NCBI GenBank assembly: GCA_023254135.1
Contig: JALQYL010000001.1
Location: forward strand, 11,341-75,340
DNA from: Ilumatobacteraceae bacterium
GTDB taxonomy: Bacteria; Actinomycetota; Acidimicrobiia; Acidimicrobiales; Ilumatobacteraceae
DNA length: 64,000 nt
Reading direction: 5' to 3'
Positions 27,790-39,358 of this stretch are shown here, piece after piece (position 1 is the stretch's first letter; the number at the start of each line of letters is the position of its first letter). Both the position numbers and the translations under genes were made by a program. Under the pieces are notes generated by a model. That model ran no database searches. It was given only the letters and a program-made list of their open reading frames with translations, and was not told where the DNA came from.

Positions 27790-28481
27790 GCCATGAATTC
27801 GAGAATCTCGTCAATGAAAGCAAAAGAATCGGTAGTGGCGAAATGGTCGGTGTTCTTGAGCACCACCAGGCGGCCATTCGGAAATGCGTTGGCAAGCTGT
27901 TGTGACGGACCCGCAAAGTCTTTGTCGCCAATCACTACCAACACCTCATTCGTGATGTCGCCAAGTTGAGTGGGGTCCAGTGGCAGTGAAGGTCTCCGCT
28001 TCATTATTGCGGTGAGAGCGGCCAAGTCATTGTTCCCCGATTGTCCGTAGTGAGCAAAAGTCTGGGCGAAGGTGTCATTCTCAGGAGCACGACCCTCAAG
28101 TGCATCAACGATGCGCTTGTTGCCCTCGGGTGAGGACTCTTGAAACACCCCGTCGCCAATGCCTGCGAATATCACGCGACCAAACCGGTCGGGAGAAGCG
28201 ACCAACGCTCGTAACGTGGTGAGAGCCCCCAACGAAAATCCCACCACGTCAATCTGCGGATACTCAGTGGGCAGATTCTGAAGGAGCCATTCGTGAAGAT
28301 TCTCATATGCCTCCGGATCGTGCGGCTTGTCGCGTTCACCGTGGCCCAGCAAATTGAATCCCACCACCGAACGGCCGATGTCTTCGAGGAGGGCGTCGAT
28401 TCCAGGCTTTTGCCACGTGTCGCGGAAGCTTCCGCCCCAGCCGTGAATAAGGACAACAGGATTTCGTTCCGAGCTAGCCAT
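27786..28481 (-). CDS. alpha/beta hydrolase
   Basis: 231 aa with the HGWGGS oxyanion region and nucleophile elbow GFSLGA. ATG is preceded by TACCGT plus 6 nt. Confidence 0.8.
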   Translation of the reverse strand: MASSERNPVVLIHGWGGSFRDTWQKPGIDALLEDIGRSVVGFNLLGHGERDKPHDPEAYENLHEWLLQNLPTEYPQIDVVGFSLGALTTLRALVASPDRFGRVIFAGIGDGVFQESSPEGNKRIVDALEGRAPENDTFAQTFAHYGQSGNNDLAALTAIMKRRPSLPLDPTQLGDITNEVLVVIGDKDFAGPSQQLANAFPNGRLVVLKNTDHFATTDSFAFIDEILEFMA

Positions 28482-28502
28482 GTGAACACGGTAGTCTCGT
28501 AG

Positions 28503-29945
<1,443 letters not shown>

Positions 29946-29947
29946 CG

Positions 29948-30604
29948 ATGACCGTCATTGCCATCGATGGTCCGGCTGGTGCCGGCAAATCCACGGTGGC
30001 CAAACAGGTGGCGCTCGCCACTGGTTTGCCGTATCTCGATACAGGCGCCATGTACCGCTGTGTTGCACACGCCGTGATGTCAAGTGGAGTGAACACCGTT
30101 GACGCCGAAGCCGTCGGAGAAATCGCTCGATCCGCTCGAATCGTGGTGGAGAGTGACCGTTCAGAACTGAATGGTGTGGATGTTTCACAAGTGATCCGTA
30201 CGCCCGAGGTGTCGTCCGTGGTGAGCATCATTGCAGCTCATAGTCCCGTGAGAGACGCCATGCGACTACAGCAACGACGATGGATTGATATCCACGGTGG
30301 TGGGGTAGTGGAGGGTCGAGATATCGGAACCGTGGTCTTTCCTCGAGCAGATCTCAAGATTTTCCTCACTGCTTCACCAGAGGTGCGTGCCGAACGTCGC
30401 GTGTCTCAAACAGGAGGAGATGTCGCTCAGATTGCGGCCAACATCGCGGAACGCGATCGCATCGACTCCACCCGCGAGGATTCTCCGCTGCGTCCTGCAG
30501 ACGATGCCATTCACGTGGATTCCAGTCGACGCACGATCGATGAGGTTGTGAACGAGATCGTGCATCATTTCAGGAACGTGAAAGGACACCAGGACAATGG
30601 CTGA
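29948..30604 (+). CDS. cmk: cytidylate kinase
   Basis: P-loop IAIDGPAGAGKSTVAK followed by YLDTGAMYR. Alternative starts are TTG 29939 and GTG 29942, both overlapping the guaB1 stop. Confidence 0.9.
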   Translation: MTVIAIDGPAGAGKSTVAKQVALATGLPYLDTGAMYRCVAHAVMSSGVNTVDAEAVGEIARSARIVVESDRSELNGVDVSQVIRTPEVSSVVSIIAAHSPVRDAMRLQQRRWIDIHGGGVVEGRDIGTVVFPRADLKIFLTASPEVRAERRVSQTGGDVAQIAANIAERDRIDSTREDSPLRPADDAIHVDSSRRTIDEVVNEIVHHFRNVKGHQDNG

Positions 30605-31283
30605 AGTCAATACACATATGGCTGGTCAATCCGCGGCTAGTCGGGTGATGTACACCTTGATGCGAACATTGGTTGTTTCACTTGCGGTGGGCTATACACG
30701 CACGCGCGTCGTGGGCAAACACAACATTCCCAGCGAAGGCCCATTTCTGTTGTGCCCCATTCATCGATCAAACATTGACACACCATTGGCAGCGGCGGTC
30801 ACGCGACGCCGATTGCGGTTCATGGGCAAGGATTCCTTGTGGAAAGTCAAACCCATCGGTTGGATTCTTTCAGCACTTGGTGCGTTTCCGGTAACGAGAG
30901 GAAGCGCCGATCGCGAAGCGCTGAAGCGATGCATCAACGTGTTGCAAGAGGGTGAGCCTCTCGTCCTGTTTCCAGAGGGCACACGTCAGTCGGGACCTCT
31001 CGTGCAACCACTGTTCGACGGCGCTGCGTATGTGGCAGTGAAAGCAGGTGTGCCCATCATTCCGGTTGGTATCGGCGGTTCTGAGGGCGTGATGCCGAAA
31101 GGTTCCAAGATGATCTACCCGCGCAAGTGTGTGGTGGTGGTGGGTGAGCCCATTCGAGCATCCCTTGACGAGGAGGGGCGAGTTCCTCGTTCCGCCGTAA
31201 AGGACATCACGGCGCAACTATCCGCAGACTTGCAGCGCTTGTACGACGAAGCACAGCGCCTCGCTGGTACACCGAATTCCTAG
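30597..31283 (+). CDS. plsC: 1-acyl-sn-glycerol-3-phosphate acyltransferase
   Basis: 228 aa with the HxxxxD box HRSNID and FPEGTR. It overlaps the cmk stop by 8 nt. Confidence 0.85.
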   Translation: MAEVNTHMAGQSAASRVMYTLMRTLVVSLAVGYTRTRVVGKHNIPSEGPFLLCPIHRSNIDTPLAAAVTRRRLRFMGKDSLWKVKPIGWILSALGAFPVTRGSADREALKRCINVLQEGEPLVLFPEGTRQSGPLVQPLFDGAAYVAVKAGVPIIPVGIGGSEGVMPKGSKMIYPRKCVVVVGEPIRASLDEEGRVPRSAVKDITAQLSADLQRLYDEAQRLAGTPNS

Positions 31284-31289
31284 AACTAC

Positions 31290-32525
31290 TTACGACTGTG
31301 CGAATGCGCTCATGAGCGCCACAAGAAATTCAGGATCGTCGGCTCCGCACATCTCTCGCGCAGAGTGCATGGATAGTTGGGGAACCCCAATGTCTATTGC
31401 CTCAATGCCCAATTGTGTGGAAGTGATGGGCCCGATGGTTGATCCACACGGCATGTTATTTCGCGACATGAACACCTGAAGTGGAACTTCGGAACGTTCT
31501 GCGACAGTTCGCAAGAACGCCACGCCCCGAGCAGAAGTTGCATAGCGTTGATTGCCGTTTAGTTTGAGTGCAGGACCAGCATTGGGTCTGGGTGCATGTC
31601 GAGGGTCGTGACGCTCTGCGTAGTTAGGGTGAACTGCGTGCGCATTGTCGGCAGACAAACACCACGAACGATTGCGCATATCGAACACCGCACCTTCGGA
31701 AAGACCATGGTCCCTGGCAAGGCACGTGAGAAGAGACGACAACAATGTGCCACCGGCTCCGGTGACACTTTCTGAACCCACTTCCTCGTGGTCGTTCAAT
31801 ACAACAACAACGGTGTGCTCGTGATCGTGAGTATTCACAAGTGCGCTGATTGCGGCCCAACACGACACTTGATTGTCCAATCGGCCACTCACCAGCATTG
31901 ATTCATCCACTCCCAAAATGGTGGCTGGAGTGATGTCATACAAGTGCGCGTCGAATGCGGCAACTGATTGTGCTCCCGAGACTTCTGCAATCCATTCCTC
32001 GAAAATGGGTGCGCGAACTCCCCAAATGGGAGTGGTGTGCTGGTGTTTATCGAGAAGTAGACCTCGTTCGTTGATTTCTCGGTCGAGATGTATGGCCAAT
32101 TGAGGAACTCGAGCTAACGCCTCATTGACATTGAAAAGGTGCACTTCACCGTTGTGGTCAATAACACGCCCAGCGATTCCGAGGTCGCGATCCAACCAGG
32201 AGTTCAGCAACACTCCTCCGTACATCTCAACACCCAACTGTGCCCAGCCGAATTGAGAAATGTCAGGCCGAGCCTGAATTCGAAGATTGGGTGAATCGGT
32301 ATGTGCACCAATGATGCGCAGTGCTCCATGCTTGGAACCTTGTCGCCAAGCAACAATGGATCCATCTCTTATGAAATAACCTGCACGGGTCACTTCGTGA
32401 GTGAAGCCATGTTGCTGAACGAAACCAGATTCGTGCAGCAGTTGTCGTGTGGTCTCCACCACATGAAAAGGAGTGGGGGAAACATCCAGCCACTCGATGA
32501 GCGATTCCGTGTTGGAGTCAGCCAT
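31290..32525 (-). CDS. M18-family aminopeptidase
   Basis: Starts MADSNTESLIEWLDVSPTPFH. Contains GAHTDSPNLRI and DNAHAVHPN. It overlaps the upstream phosphatase stop by 8 nt. Confidence 0.85.
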   Translation of the reverse strand: MADSNTESLIEWLDVSPTPFHVVETTRQLLHESGFVQQHGFTHEVTRAGYFIRDGSIVAWRQGSKHGALRIIGAHTDSPNLRIQARPDISQFGWAQLGVEMYGGVLLNSWLDRDLGIAGRVIDHNGEVHLFNVNEALARVPQLAIHLDREINERGLLLDKHQHTTPIWGVRAPIFEEWIAEVSGAQSVAAFDAHLYDITPATILGVDESMLVSGRLDNQVSCWAAISALVNTHDHEHTVVVVLNDHEEVGSESVTGAGGTLLSSLLTCLARDHGLSEGAVFDMRNRSWCLSADNAHAVHPNYAERHDPRHAPRPNAGPALKLNGNQRYATSARGVAFLRTVAERSEVPLQVFMSRNNMPCGSTIGPITSTQLGIEAIDIGVPQLSMHSAREMCGADDPEFLVALMSAFAQS

Positions 32526-33138
32526 TGAACAGACCAATCGGGAGACCAGTACCGCGCAAGTGGCTAGTTTCATTCACGGACAGGATGCTCCGATGTCCCG
32601 CACTGGAGGCAGCCACTCGATGGATGGATGTGTAGTTCGGATAGAAGAATTGCCCCTTGTTGGAAGGCAGGTCAAGAACACGTGCGAGATAGGAATTGAT
32701 GACTCCGCCATGACACGTGACCACCACGCGCCCACCACGATTTTCATTGATGATCTTCTCTAACGATTCGAAGACACGCTCATTGAACTCTGTGGGGTCT
32801 TCGTGAAGGCCGAATCCACCTTCCATCAGTTCCTTCCAACGGGGATCGTTGTTGGCTTTGAGTTCCTCCACCGGAATGTATTCATTCGAATGTTGGTCGA
32901 ACTCGGCGACACCGTCGACGATCACTGTTGTCATTGACTTAATGGTCGCCAAAGGTTCTGCCGTTTGCACTGCACGTTTCATGGGGCTGCTGTAAATGGC
33001 ATCTATGTGCTCGAGAGCCATGTAATTGGCGAAGTGTTGTGCCTGCGCAAGACCATCCACCGACAACTCGGGGTCGGCGGCACCTTCGGTTACTTCGCGA
33101 CGAATAGGCAGAGCGTGACGTACAAGTATTAATTCCAC
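32518..33138 (-). CDS. histidine phosphatase family protein
   Basis: ELILVRHALP (RHG-type motif) follows GTG 33138 immediately, and CHGG appears later. The ORF-track start 33183 would overlap the divergent gene. Confidence 0.7.
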   Translation of the reverse strand: MELILVRHALPIRREVTEGAADPELSVDGLAQAQHFANYMALEHIDAIYSSPMKRAVQTAEPLATIKSMTTVIVDGVAEFDQHSNEYIPVEELKANNDPRWKELMEGGFGLHEDPTEFNERVFESLEKIINENRGGRVVVTCHGGVINSYLARVLDLPSNKGQFFYPNYTSIHRVAASSAGHRSILSVNETSHLRGTGLPIGLFNG

Positions 33139-33158
33139 TGATATGAGATGATAAAGAA

Positions 33159-33944
33159 ATGTCTGGTGCCTCCTCGCATTCATCGATGTCTGGGGGCATC
33201 ACACTCGATATTTCCGGCCCCAATAGCGAAATATCTGTGATTTTGGTGCACGGTACTCTCGACCGCGCCGCGGGCATGGCGCGTCTGGCACGAGAGATTC
33301 ATGGTTCCGTGCGCACCATTCGCTACGACCGTCGAGGGTATGCACGCTCGAATGACCTGCAGCCGCCTTTCACGGTTCAACAGCACATCGATGACCTCAT
33401 ATCCATCATCGGAGAGAAACGAGTGGTACTCATTGGTCATAGCTTTGGTGGAAATGTGGCACTTGGGGCCGCACAGGCACTTCCGCAGCAAGTGTTGGGA
33501 CTCAGTACTTATGAAACTCCGCTGTCGTGGATGTCCTGGTGGTCCGGGCAATCCGCCGGTGCAGCAGCAATTGCTTCTCGTGCGGATGAAGCCGCCGAAA
33601 ACTTCATGATTCGGCTCATTGGACATCGCCGATGGGAGGCATTGCCCGACAAGACCAAGGCGGATCGTCGAAAAGAAGGCCCCACACTCACTGCCGAACT
33701 CTCAAGTTTGCGGGAGGGACCTCCATGGGACCCCACCAAGATTCAATGTCAAGTTCTCGCAGGTGTTGGTACCAAGGCTTCGGAACACCATCGACGAGGT
33801 GCTGAGTGGATTGCAGAACATATTCCGCATGCTCAATTGCAGGTACTGGAGGGAGCGGGCCACGGGGCGCCTGTGAGCCACGCACAACTCTTTACACATC
33901 TGCTGATTCGCCCGCATCTGGAGCGACTGGGCATTACTTCGTAG
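33159..33944 (+). CDS. alpha/beta hydrolase
   Basis: 261 aa with LVHG and nucleophile elbow GHSFGG. Confidence 0.8.
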   Translation: MSGASSHSSMSGGITLDISGPNSEISVILVHGTLDRAAGMARLAREIHGSVRTIRYDRRGYARSNDLQPPFTVQQHIDDLISIIGEKRVVLIGHSFGGNVALGAAQALPQQVLGLSTYETPLSWMSWWSGQSAGAAAIASRADEAAENFMIRLIGHRRWEALPDKTKADRRKEGPTLTAELSSLREGPPWDPTKIQCQVLAGVGTKASEHHRRGAEWIAEHIPHAQLQVLEGAGHGAPVSHAQLFTHLLIRPHLERLGITS

Positions 33945-34233
33945 GGTTGTCCACTTTGATATTCACGTCTTGACCAAAGAAAGTGCACGTGGTGTTGATG
34001 GTGGCCGACGATGTGGCCTGTGCCTTCACCTTGTCGGCGCAGTCCGTGATGGAAGCTCGTTGGGTGTATCCGCCAGCTGCGATGGCCAGGAAGAACACCA
34101 GGGAAATGATCTTGCCAACGATGTTTTTGATGACCATCATCATGATGAGCGCCAGCACTAGAGATGCTCCTGAAAGCCCTAAAGCAATGGTTTGCAGTGT
34201 TTTTACATCGGTAATCGCGAAGATCTCAGCCAT
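33934..34233 (-). CDS. small hypothetical membrane protein (2 TM)
   Basis: 99 aa from ATG 34233, which is preceded by TATGGT plus 6 nt. Two hydrophobic segments are present. TTG 34254 is the alternative start. Confidence 0.5.
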   Translation of the reverse strand: MAEIFAITDVKTLQTIALGLSGASLVLALIMMMVIKNIVGKIISLVFFLAIAAGGYTQRASITDCADKVKAQATSSATINTTCTFFGQDVNIKVDNPTK

Positions 34234-34274
34234 GGAGACACCATAGATGCCCAAATACCCCTAGCGTTGACACC

Positions 34275-34850
34275 ATGTCTGGCCAGGAATTTACTGTTGC
34301 CATCCTTATTGGCGGAGACAGCTCCCGCATGGGTGCCGATAAGGCAACTCTCCTTGTTGACGGTGTTGCGATGGCAGAACGTGTCAGCAAAGCAGCGCAC
34401 GATGCAGGAGCCTCCGAAGTGCTCCTTGTGGGGGGCACTCAGAAGCGCGCGTCGGGCATTACTGGTCAGTGGAAGAAGGATTTGTACGCCGGAGAGGGTC
34501 CGCTTGGAGGAGTCATCACTGCTCTCAAAAGTGCATCTCATGATTCTGTTGTCGTGCTGTCGTGCGACATGCCCTATATCACCTCGGCAGTCATTGCCAG
34601 TTTGGTTCCGCCTCTCTCCGAAGCACAAGCAACGGTTGGTCGCACGGATCGTCTCAACTGGATGTGCTCTGCATGGTCAAAGAGCGAATGTCTGCAATCT
34701 CTACAATCCGTTTGGAAGCGAAACGAGCGAGCCATTCATCGAGCAGCTGTTCTCCTCGATGTCGTTGAGGTGCCGGTACCGGCAGTTGCGGTTCGCAACA
34801 TCAACACCCCAGAGGACCTCGCAGAAGACACCGACCCCACTAACATCTGA
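34275..34850 (+). CDS. mobA: molybdenum cofactor guanylyltransferase (MobA-like NTP transferase)
   Basis: 191 aa with the AILIGGDSSRMGADKA motif. ATG is preceded by TAGCGT plus 7 nt. Confidence 0.8.
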   Translation: MSGQEFTVAILIGGDSSRMGADKATLLVDGVAMAERVSKAAHDAGASEVLLVGGTQKRASGITGQWKKDLYAGEGPLGGVITALKSASHDSVVVLSCDMPYITSAVIASLVPPLSEAQATVGRTDRLNWMCSAWSKSECLQSLQSVWKRNERAIHRAAVLLDVVEVPVPAVAVRNINTPEDLAEDTDPTNI

Positions 34851-34853
34851 AAC

Positions 34854-35183
34854 GTGTCAACTTCAGAAATAACAGTGAATGAGCTTGCGGCTCTCGGGGA
34901 AGTCCTTGTGATCGATGTGCGTGAAGTGGATGAGTACGTTGAGGGCCATGTTCCGGGCGCTATCAATCTGCCGTCCAGCAGTTTGAACGAAACGTTTCAT
35001 GAAATCCCCACGGCAGACACCATTTATTTCGTTTGCCATGGTGGCGGTCGAAGTGGTCGTGCATGCGAATTTCTCTCGCACCTTCCCGAATTCGCCGACC
35101 GTCATCTGGTGAACGTTCGTGGTGGCACCAGTGGATGGATCATCGAAGGGCACAAGGTCGTTACTGGTGACCAACCGAACTGA
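34854..35183 (+). CDS. rhodanese-like sulfurtransferase domain protein
   Basis: 109 aa with active-site loop CHGGGRS. Confidence 0.8.
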   Translation: MSTSEITVNELAALGEVLVIDVREVDEYVEGHVPGAINLPSSSLNETFHEIPTADTIYFVCHGGGRSGRACEFLSHLPEFADRHLVNVRGGTSGWIIEGHKVVTGDQPN

Positions 35184-36354
35184 CGTCCACCACGAGTGGA
35201 TCGACTCGAATTCGGCACTGCAAAGTTTTGTTTCCTATGCCTTGGGGCATGACCGCTACTTTCTGGACACGGAATTCCACCGAGAAAAGACCTACTTCCC
35301 GCAACTTGCATTGGTGCAAATTGCTGTCGGAGACAGAATTGGTCTTATCGATCCATTGAGTGTGGACACTTCAATGATGCGTCCTCTGCTGGAAGGTCCA
35401 GGATTGTGCATTCTTCACGCTGCGCAACAGGACCTGGATGTGTTGGCCCAAAGTTGCGGCTTCATCCCGCATCGAATTCTGGACACTCAACTATGCGCCG
35501 GTTTTGTTGGATACACGCAGCCCTCGCTCGCGTCACTTCTGCAGTCGTATCTCAAAATCACAGTACCCAAAGGTGACCGTCTCACCGACTGGCTTAGGCG
35601 ACCCCTGACGAATGATCAGCTCACGTATGCCGCATCCGATGTGGCCTACCTTGAGCAACTTTCACAACTCATCTTCGATGAGTTGGAAAAACTGGGACGC
35701 ATGCAGTGGGCTGTCGATGCTTGTGAGGAATTGCGCACTCGACCAACCGGTCCGAATGCACCACACGATGCTTGGCTGCGCGTAAAGGATGTTCGAACAC
35801 TGAAAGGACGATCCCGTTGGGTGGCACGCCATGTCGCGCAATGGCGAGAGGAGCGAGCTATGGATCTCGATCTTCCACCTCGTCATGTTCTCTCCGACAT
35901 TGCGGTGCTCGGCATTGCACAGAAGGCACCTCGAACCGCCGAGGATCTTTTGCAAACCAGGGGAGTGGACAATCGACATGCCACTGGCCATCAGGGAAAA
36001 GCATTACTGGAGGCAATTCAGGCCGGGGTACGCGAGGCTCAAACGGGTGACCTCCATTTCCCATCCAGCGACACAGAAGACGTGGACAAGTCGCTTCGAC
36101 CTGCTGTGACGCTCGTCTCAGCATGGGTCACTGAACTTGCGCGCCAGAGCAGTTTGGACGCCGGCCTCTTGGGCACACGCAAAGACATTCTTGACTTGTT
36201 GGGTGGATCTGCGAATGCTCGATTGGGCCAAGGATGGCGAGCAGACATCGTGGGCCGAGATATCGAGGACCTCGTTGCAGGGCGCAAGGCACTCACTTTC
36301 TCGGTCAAGAACGGCACAAACGGGCTCAAATTGATTGACGTTCCGAACGAATAG
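35167..36354 (+). CDS. rnd: ribonuclease D (DEDD 3'-5' exonuclease plus HRDC)
   Basis: Contains FLDTEFHREKTYFPQLALVQI and YAASDVAYL. GTG 35167 was chosen by comparison with the N-terminal spacing of E. coli RNase D. Earlier GTGs lie at 35119 and 35131. Confidence 0.8.
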   Translation: MTNRTDVHHEWIDSNSALQSFVSYALGHDRYFLDTEFHREKTYFPQLALVQIAVGDRIGLIDPLSVDTSMMRPLLEGPGLCILHAAQQDLDVLAQSCGFIPHRILDTQLCAGFVGYTQPSLASLLQSYLKITVPKGDRLTDWLRRPLTNDQLTYAASDVAYLEQLSQLIFDELEKLGRMQWAVDACEELRTRPTGPNAPHDAWLRVKDVRTLKGRSRWVARHVAQWREERAMDLDLPPRHVLSDIAVLGIAQKAPRTAEDLLQTRGVDNRHATGHQGKALLEAIQAGVREAQTGDLHFPSSDTEDVDKSLRPAVTLVSAWVTELARQSSLDAGLLGTRKDILDLLGGSANARLGQGWRADIVGRDIEDLVAGRKALTFSVKNGTNGLKLIDVPNE

Positions 36355-36444
36355 CGCAATTACCGCTATTCCGCATGGGTGCCATGTATCCTATTTCGGA
36401 CTATCCCTACGGCATTCGTGCCACACAATGTTCGGAGTACGACC

Positions 36445-36648
36445 ATGAAAAAGGGTCGACATCGCCGCTTTGAAGAGGCGCGCAAACTGAAGCAAGCTGG
36501 CCCTAGCGCCGCAGACCTTGGTTTCGGCGACTCTTCTCGCAACAACTCACATGACGACGACGACGAATACGCGGCCATTGCCGAACGTTACGCCGACCTC
36601 TTCGACGAAGACGACGAAGATTCTGACGAATCCTCCGACGCCGAATAA
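36445..36648 (+). CDS. small hypothetical protein, basic N-terminus and acidic C-terminus
   Basis: 67 aa (MKKGRHRRFEEARKLK...DEDDEDSDESSDAE). GGAG lies 7 nt upstream of ATG 36445. Confidence 0.55.
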   Translation: MKKGRHRRFEEARKLKQAGPSAADLGFGDSSRNNSHDDDDEYAAIAERYADLFDEDDEDSDESSDAE

Positions 36649-36686
36649 TCAGCCGACTTTCGGCTACAACACACAGAAAACCCCCA

Positions 36687-38507
36687 ATGACTCTTCTCCG
36701 TAATGTCGCCATGGTCGCTCACGTTGACCATGGCAAGACCACTCTTGTTGACACCCTTCTCAAAACCACCGGTGCTTTTGCTGCACACCAGCAGGTGGTG
36801 GATCGCGTCATGGACAGTGATGCTCAAGAGCGCGAGCGAGGCATCACCATCTTGGCCAAGGCCGCACGCATCACGTTCGGGGGCGTTCTCATCAACTTGG
36901 TGGACACCCCTGGTCACGCCGACTTCGGCGGTGAAGTGGAACGCGCTCTTGCGCTTGTGGACGGCATCGTGTTGCTGGTGGATGCTGCAGAAGGCCCACT
37001 TCCTCAAACGCGCTACGTGTTGTCCAAGGCACTTGGTAGAGGTCTTCCCGTGATCCTCGTCATCAACAAGGTGGATCGCCAAGATGCTCGCCCGGCTGAG
37101 GTTTTGGAGGAAGTGGAACAACTCTTCCTCGATATCGCCAATTCGGATGACCAATTGGCCTTCCCGGTCATCTCAGCGGTGGCCCGTGAAGGTCGCGCAA
37201 TGATGGGCATCGGCATGCCTGATGCGGATGCCGACCTTTCTTGTTTGTTGGAAACAATCATCGCCACGGTTCCACAACCACAGGTTGATGCAACTGGTCC
37301 ACTCACGGCTTTGGTCACCAACCTTGACGCGTCCGATTACCTGGGTCGACTCGCCATCGGGCGAGTACACAGCGGCACGATGAAAAAAGGTGACACCGTT
37401 GCACTGTGGGGTAAAGACACCGACGGCAACCCTTTGAAGCGCCGCATTGCACAACTCAGCGTCTTCGACGGCATTGGTCGCACCGAAGTGGAGCAAATTG
37501 AGGCAGGCGACTTGTTCGTGTTGGCCGGAATTCCTGAAGTGGAGGTGGGTGACACCATTTCCTCAGTTGATGTCACCACACCCTTGCCCCGCTTGGAAGT
37601 GGACGAACCAGTTATTCGAATGAGTTTCGGAGTCAACACCTCTCCCTTTGCCGGTCGCGAGGGCAAATTCGTGACCAGTCGTCACCTGCGAGATCGCTTG
37701 AACAAGGAGATTCTCGGCAATGTCTCCATCAAGATTTCCGACACCGACTCTCCCGATGTCACGGCTGTGGCTGGTCGAGGCGAATTGCAGTTGGCTGTAC
37801 TCATTGAAAACATGCGCCGCGAGGGCTATGAACTTCAGGTGAGCCGACCAGAAGTCATCACCAAGGAAATCAACGGCAAGAAGCACGAACCATTGGAGTC
37901 GGGTACCTGCGACGTCCCTGATGAATATGTGGGTGCTATCACACAAGAGTTGGCTCCCCGAAAAGGTCGAGTCACCGATCTGCGCCCAGGGGACCCGGGC
38001 CGTACCATCGTGTCATTCGAGGCTCCTTCGCGTGGACTCATTGGTTTCCGATCCACACTCATGACATCCACTCGCGGCACTGCGTTGTTGAACCAAACTC
38101 ATGCTGGTTGGACACCATGGGCAGGAGAGTTACCGCACCGTCTAGGTGGCGCCATGATTGCTGCAGGAATGGGAAGCACAACTGCGTATGCGCTTGACAC
38201 CTTGCAGATGCGCGGAACCCTCTTCGTTCACCCTCAGACCGAGGTGTACGAAGGCATGGTCGTGGGCGAAGGTGCTCGTGGCGAAGAGATGGTGGTGAAC
38301 TGTGTTCGCGCGAAGGAAAAGAACAACATTCGTACTCACAGCCACGACGACGGCATCAAGTTGGCGGCACCTGTCGAGCACACGCTTGAGTCGGCAATCG
38401 AATGGATTGGCGACGATGAATTGGTGGAAGTAACGCCGAAGAATATTCGTATTCGCAAGCGTGCACTCACACTTGAAGACCGCAAGCGCGCCAACAAAAA
38501 GGGTTGA
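36687..38507 (+). CDS. typA: translational GTPase TypA/BipA
   Basis: 606 aa with G1 AHVDHGKTT, G3 DTPGH and G4 NKVD. It has EF-G-like domains and a TypA C-terminus. Confidence 0.95.
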   Translation: MTLLRNVAMVAHVDHGKTTLVDTLLKTTGAFAAHQQVVDRVMDSDAQERERGITILAKAARITFGGVLINLVDTPGHADFGGEVERALALVDGIVLLVDAAEGPLPQTRYVLSKALGRGLPVILVINKVDRQDARPAEVLEEVEQLFLDIANSDDQLAFPVISAVAREGRAMMGIGMPDADADLSCLLETIIATVPQPQVDATGPLTALVTNLDASDYLGRLAIGRVHSGTMKKGDTVALWGKDTDGNPLKRRIAQLSVFDGIGRTEVEQIEAGDLFVLAGIPEVEVGDTISSVDVTTPLPRLEVDEPVIRMSFGVNTSPFAGREGKFVTSRHLRDRLNKEILGNVSIKISDTDSPDVTAVAGRGELQLAVLIENMRREGYELQVSRPEVITKEINGKKHEPLESGTCDVPDEYVGAITQELAPRKGRVTDLRPGDPGRTIVSFEAPSRGLIGFRSTLMTSTRGTALLNQTHAGWTPWAGELPHRLGGAMIAAGMGSTTAYALDTLQMRGTLFVHPQTEVYEGMVVGEGARGEEMVVNCVRAKEKNNIRTHSHDDGIKLAAPVEHTLESAIEWIGDDELVEVTPKNIRIRKRALTLEDRKRANKKG

Positions 38508-38536
38508 TTACGTCGCGACAAAATGTCGCAACGTAA
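38508..38536. terminator. hairpin between convergent typA and the Cys-rich gene
   Basis: 13-position stem TTACGTCGCGACA / TGTCGCAACGTAA with one mismatch and a 3 nt loop. No clear U-tract on either side. Confidence 0.4.
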
Positions 38537-38539
38537 CTG

Positions 38540-39316
38540 CTACTTCTTCTTCTTGATGGAAGGGTGGGGCAGTGGGACCGCAGTGGGGCGATTCAACAAC
38601 TTCACCATTGTGTTGTATGACTCTTCACCCATCAATTCGGTGAGCTCGTCCTTGAAGAATGTGTAGGCGGGATCCTTCCCTACGAACGCATCTGCGGAAT
38701 CTGTGCACCACCAGTGGAAATCATCGCCGCCATCACCCCAATCTCGGCGCTTCCATTCGCGAATAGTGGACACGACGTAGCCACCATCTTCAATGTGCTC
38801 TTCGAGACGAATAGGTACTTGCCAACACACATCAGGCTTCCAGTCCATATGACGTTCACCGGCTTCAACAGCTGCAATGTGGAATGCACAGCCAGTGCCG
38901 CCTTCAAACCCAGGAGGATTATGGAAGATGCAAGCACCATTCACTACTCGTGTCTTTGATTCACCATCTTTGTTGGTAGTGAACCAACCCTTGTCCTTGG
39001 CCTTGTCCTTATGTTTCCAATGCTTCGCCTTGAGACGCTTCACCGACTTGGTGACGGACTTGAGATCTTTCTCATCAAGGAAGTGTGCACCAAACGAGCA
39101 GCACCCTTGCATGAGTTCTGGTGTGGGGTCATCGTGAACGCCCTGACAACCTTCGCCGTAAATGCACTTGAAGTTGGAGCGCAAGAACGTGGCGTCAATC
39201 ATCCAAGTACGCAGTTCTTTCGAATCTTCGAAACTGATCCATTCATGGGGCTGGTCTTCTCTAAGCACGAGTAGATACGCTACGCCATCTCGGCATATGA
39301 ATGTGTCCATGGGCAA
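38540..39316 (-). CDS. hypothetical Cys-rich protein
   Basis: 258 aa (TTG 39316 or ATG 39310). Cys-containing motifs are CIYGEGCQG, QGCCSFGAHF, GACIFHN, GTGCAFH and WWC. A Lys-rich segment is KRLKAKHWKHKDKAKDKG. Confidence 0.5.
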   Translation of the reverse strand: MPMDTFICRDGVAYLLVLREDQPHEWISFEDSKELRTWMIDATFLRSNFKCIYGEGCQGVHDDPTPELMQGCCSFGAHFLDEKDLKSVTKSVKRLKAKHWKHKDKAKDKGWFTTNKDGESKTRVVNGACIFHNPPGFEGGTGCAFHIAAVEAGERHMDWKPDVCWQVPIRLEEHIEDGGYVVSTIREWKRRDWGDGGDDFHWWCTDSADAFVGKDPAYTFFKDELTELMGEESYNTMVKLLNRPTAVPLPHPSIKKKK

Positions 39317-39358
39317 CGATGTGCCAAAGTATTCACCGCTTCGTTACCTGGAGGGAAC

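Noticed and set aside
36651-36665. Hairpin AGCCGA-CTT-TCGGCT after the small acidic ORF, considered as a terminator
   Set aside because: It has only 6 bp and no U-tract, and typA starts 22 nt later. It is more likely incidental or a minor processing or structure element.
36588-37154. 188 aa minus-strand ORF overlapping the typA start
   Set aside because: It is antisense to the highly conserved GTPase domain of TypA, with no motif and no start signal.
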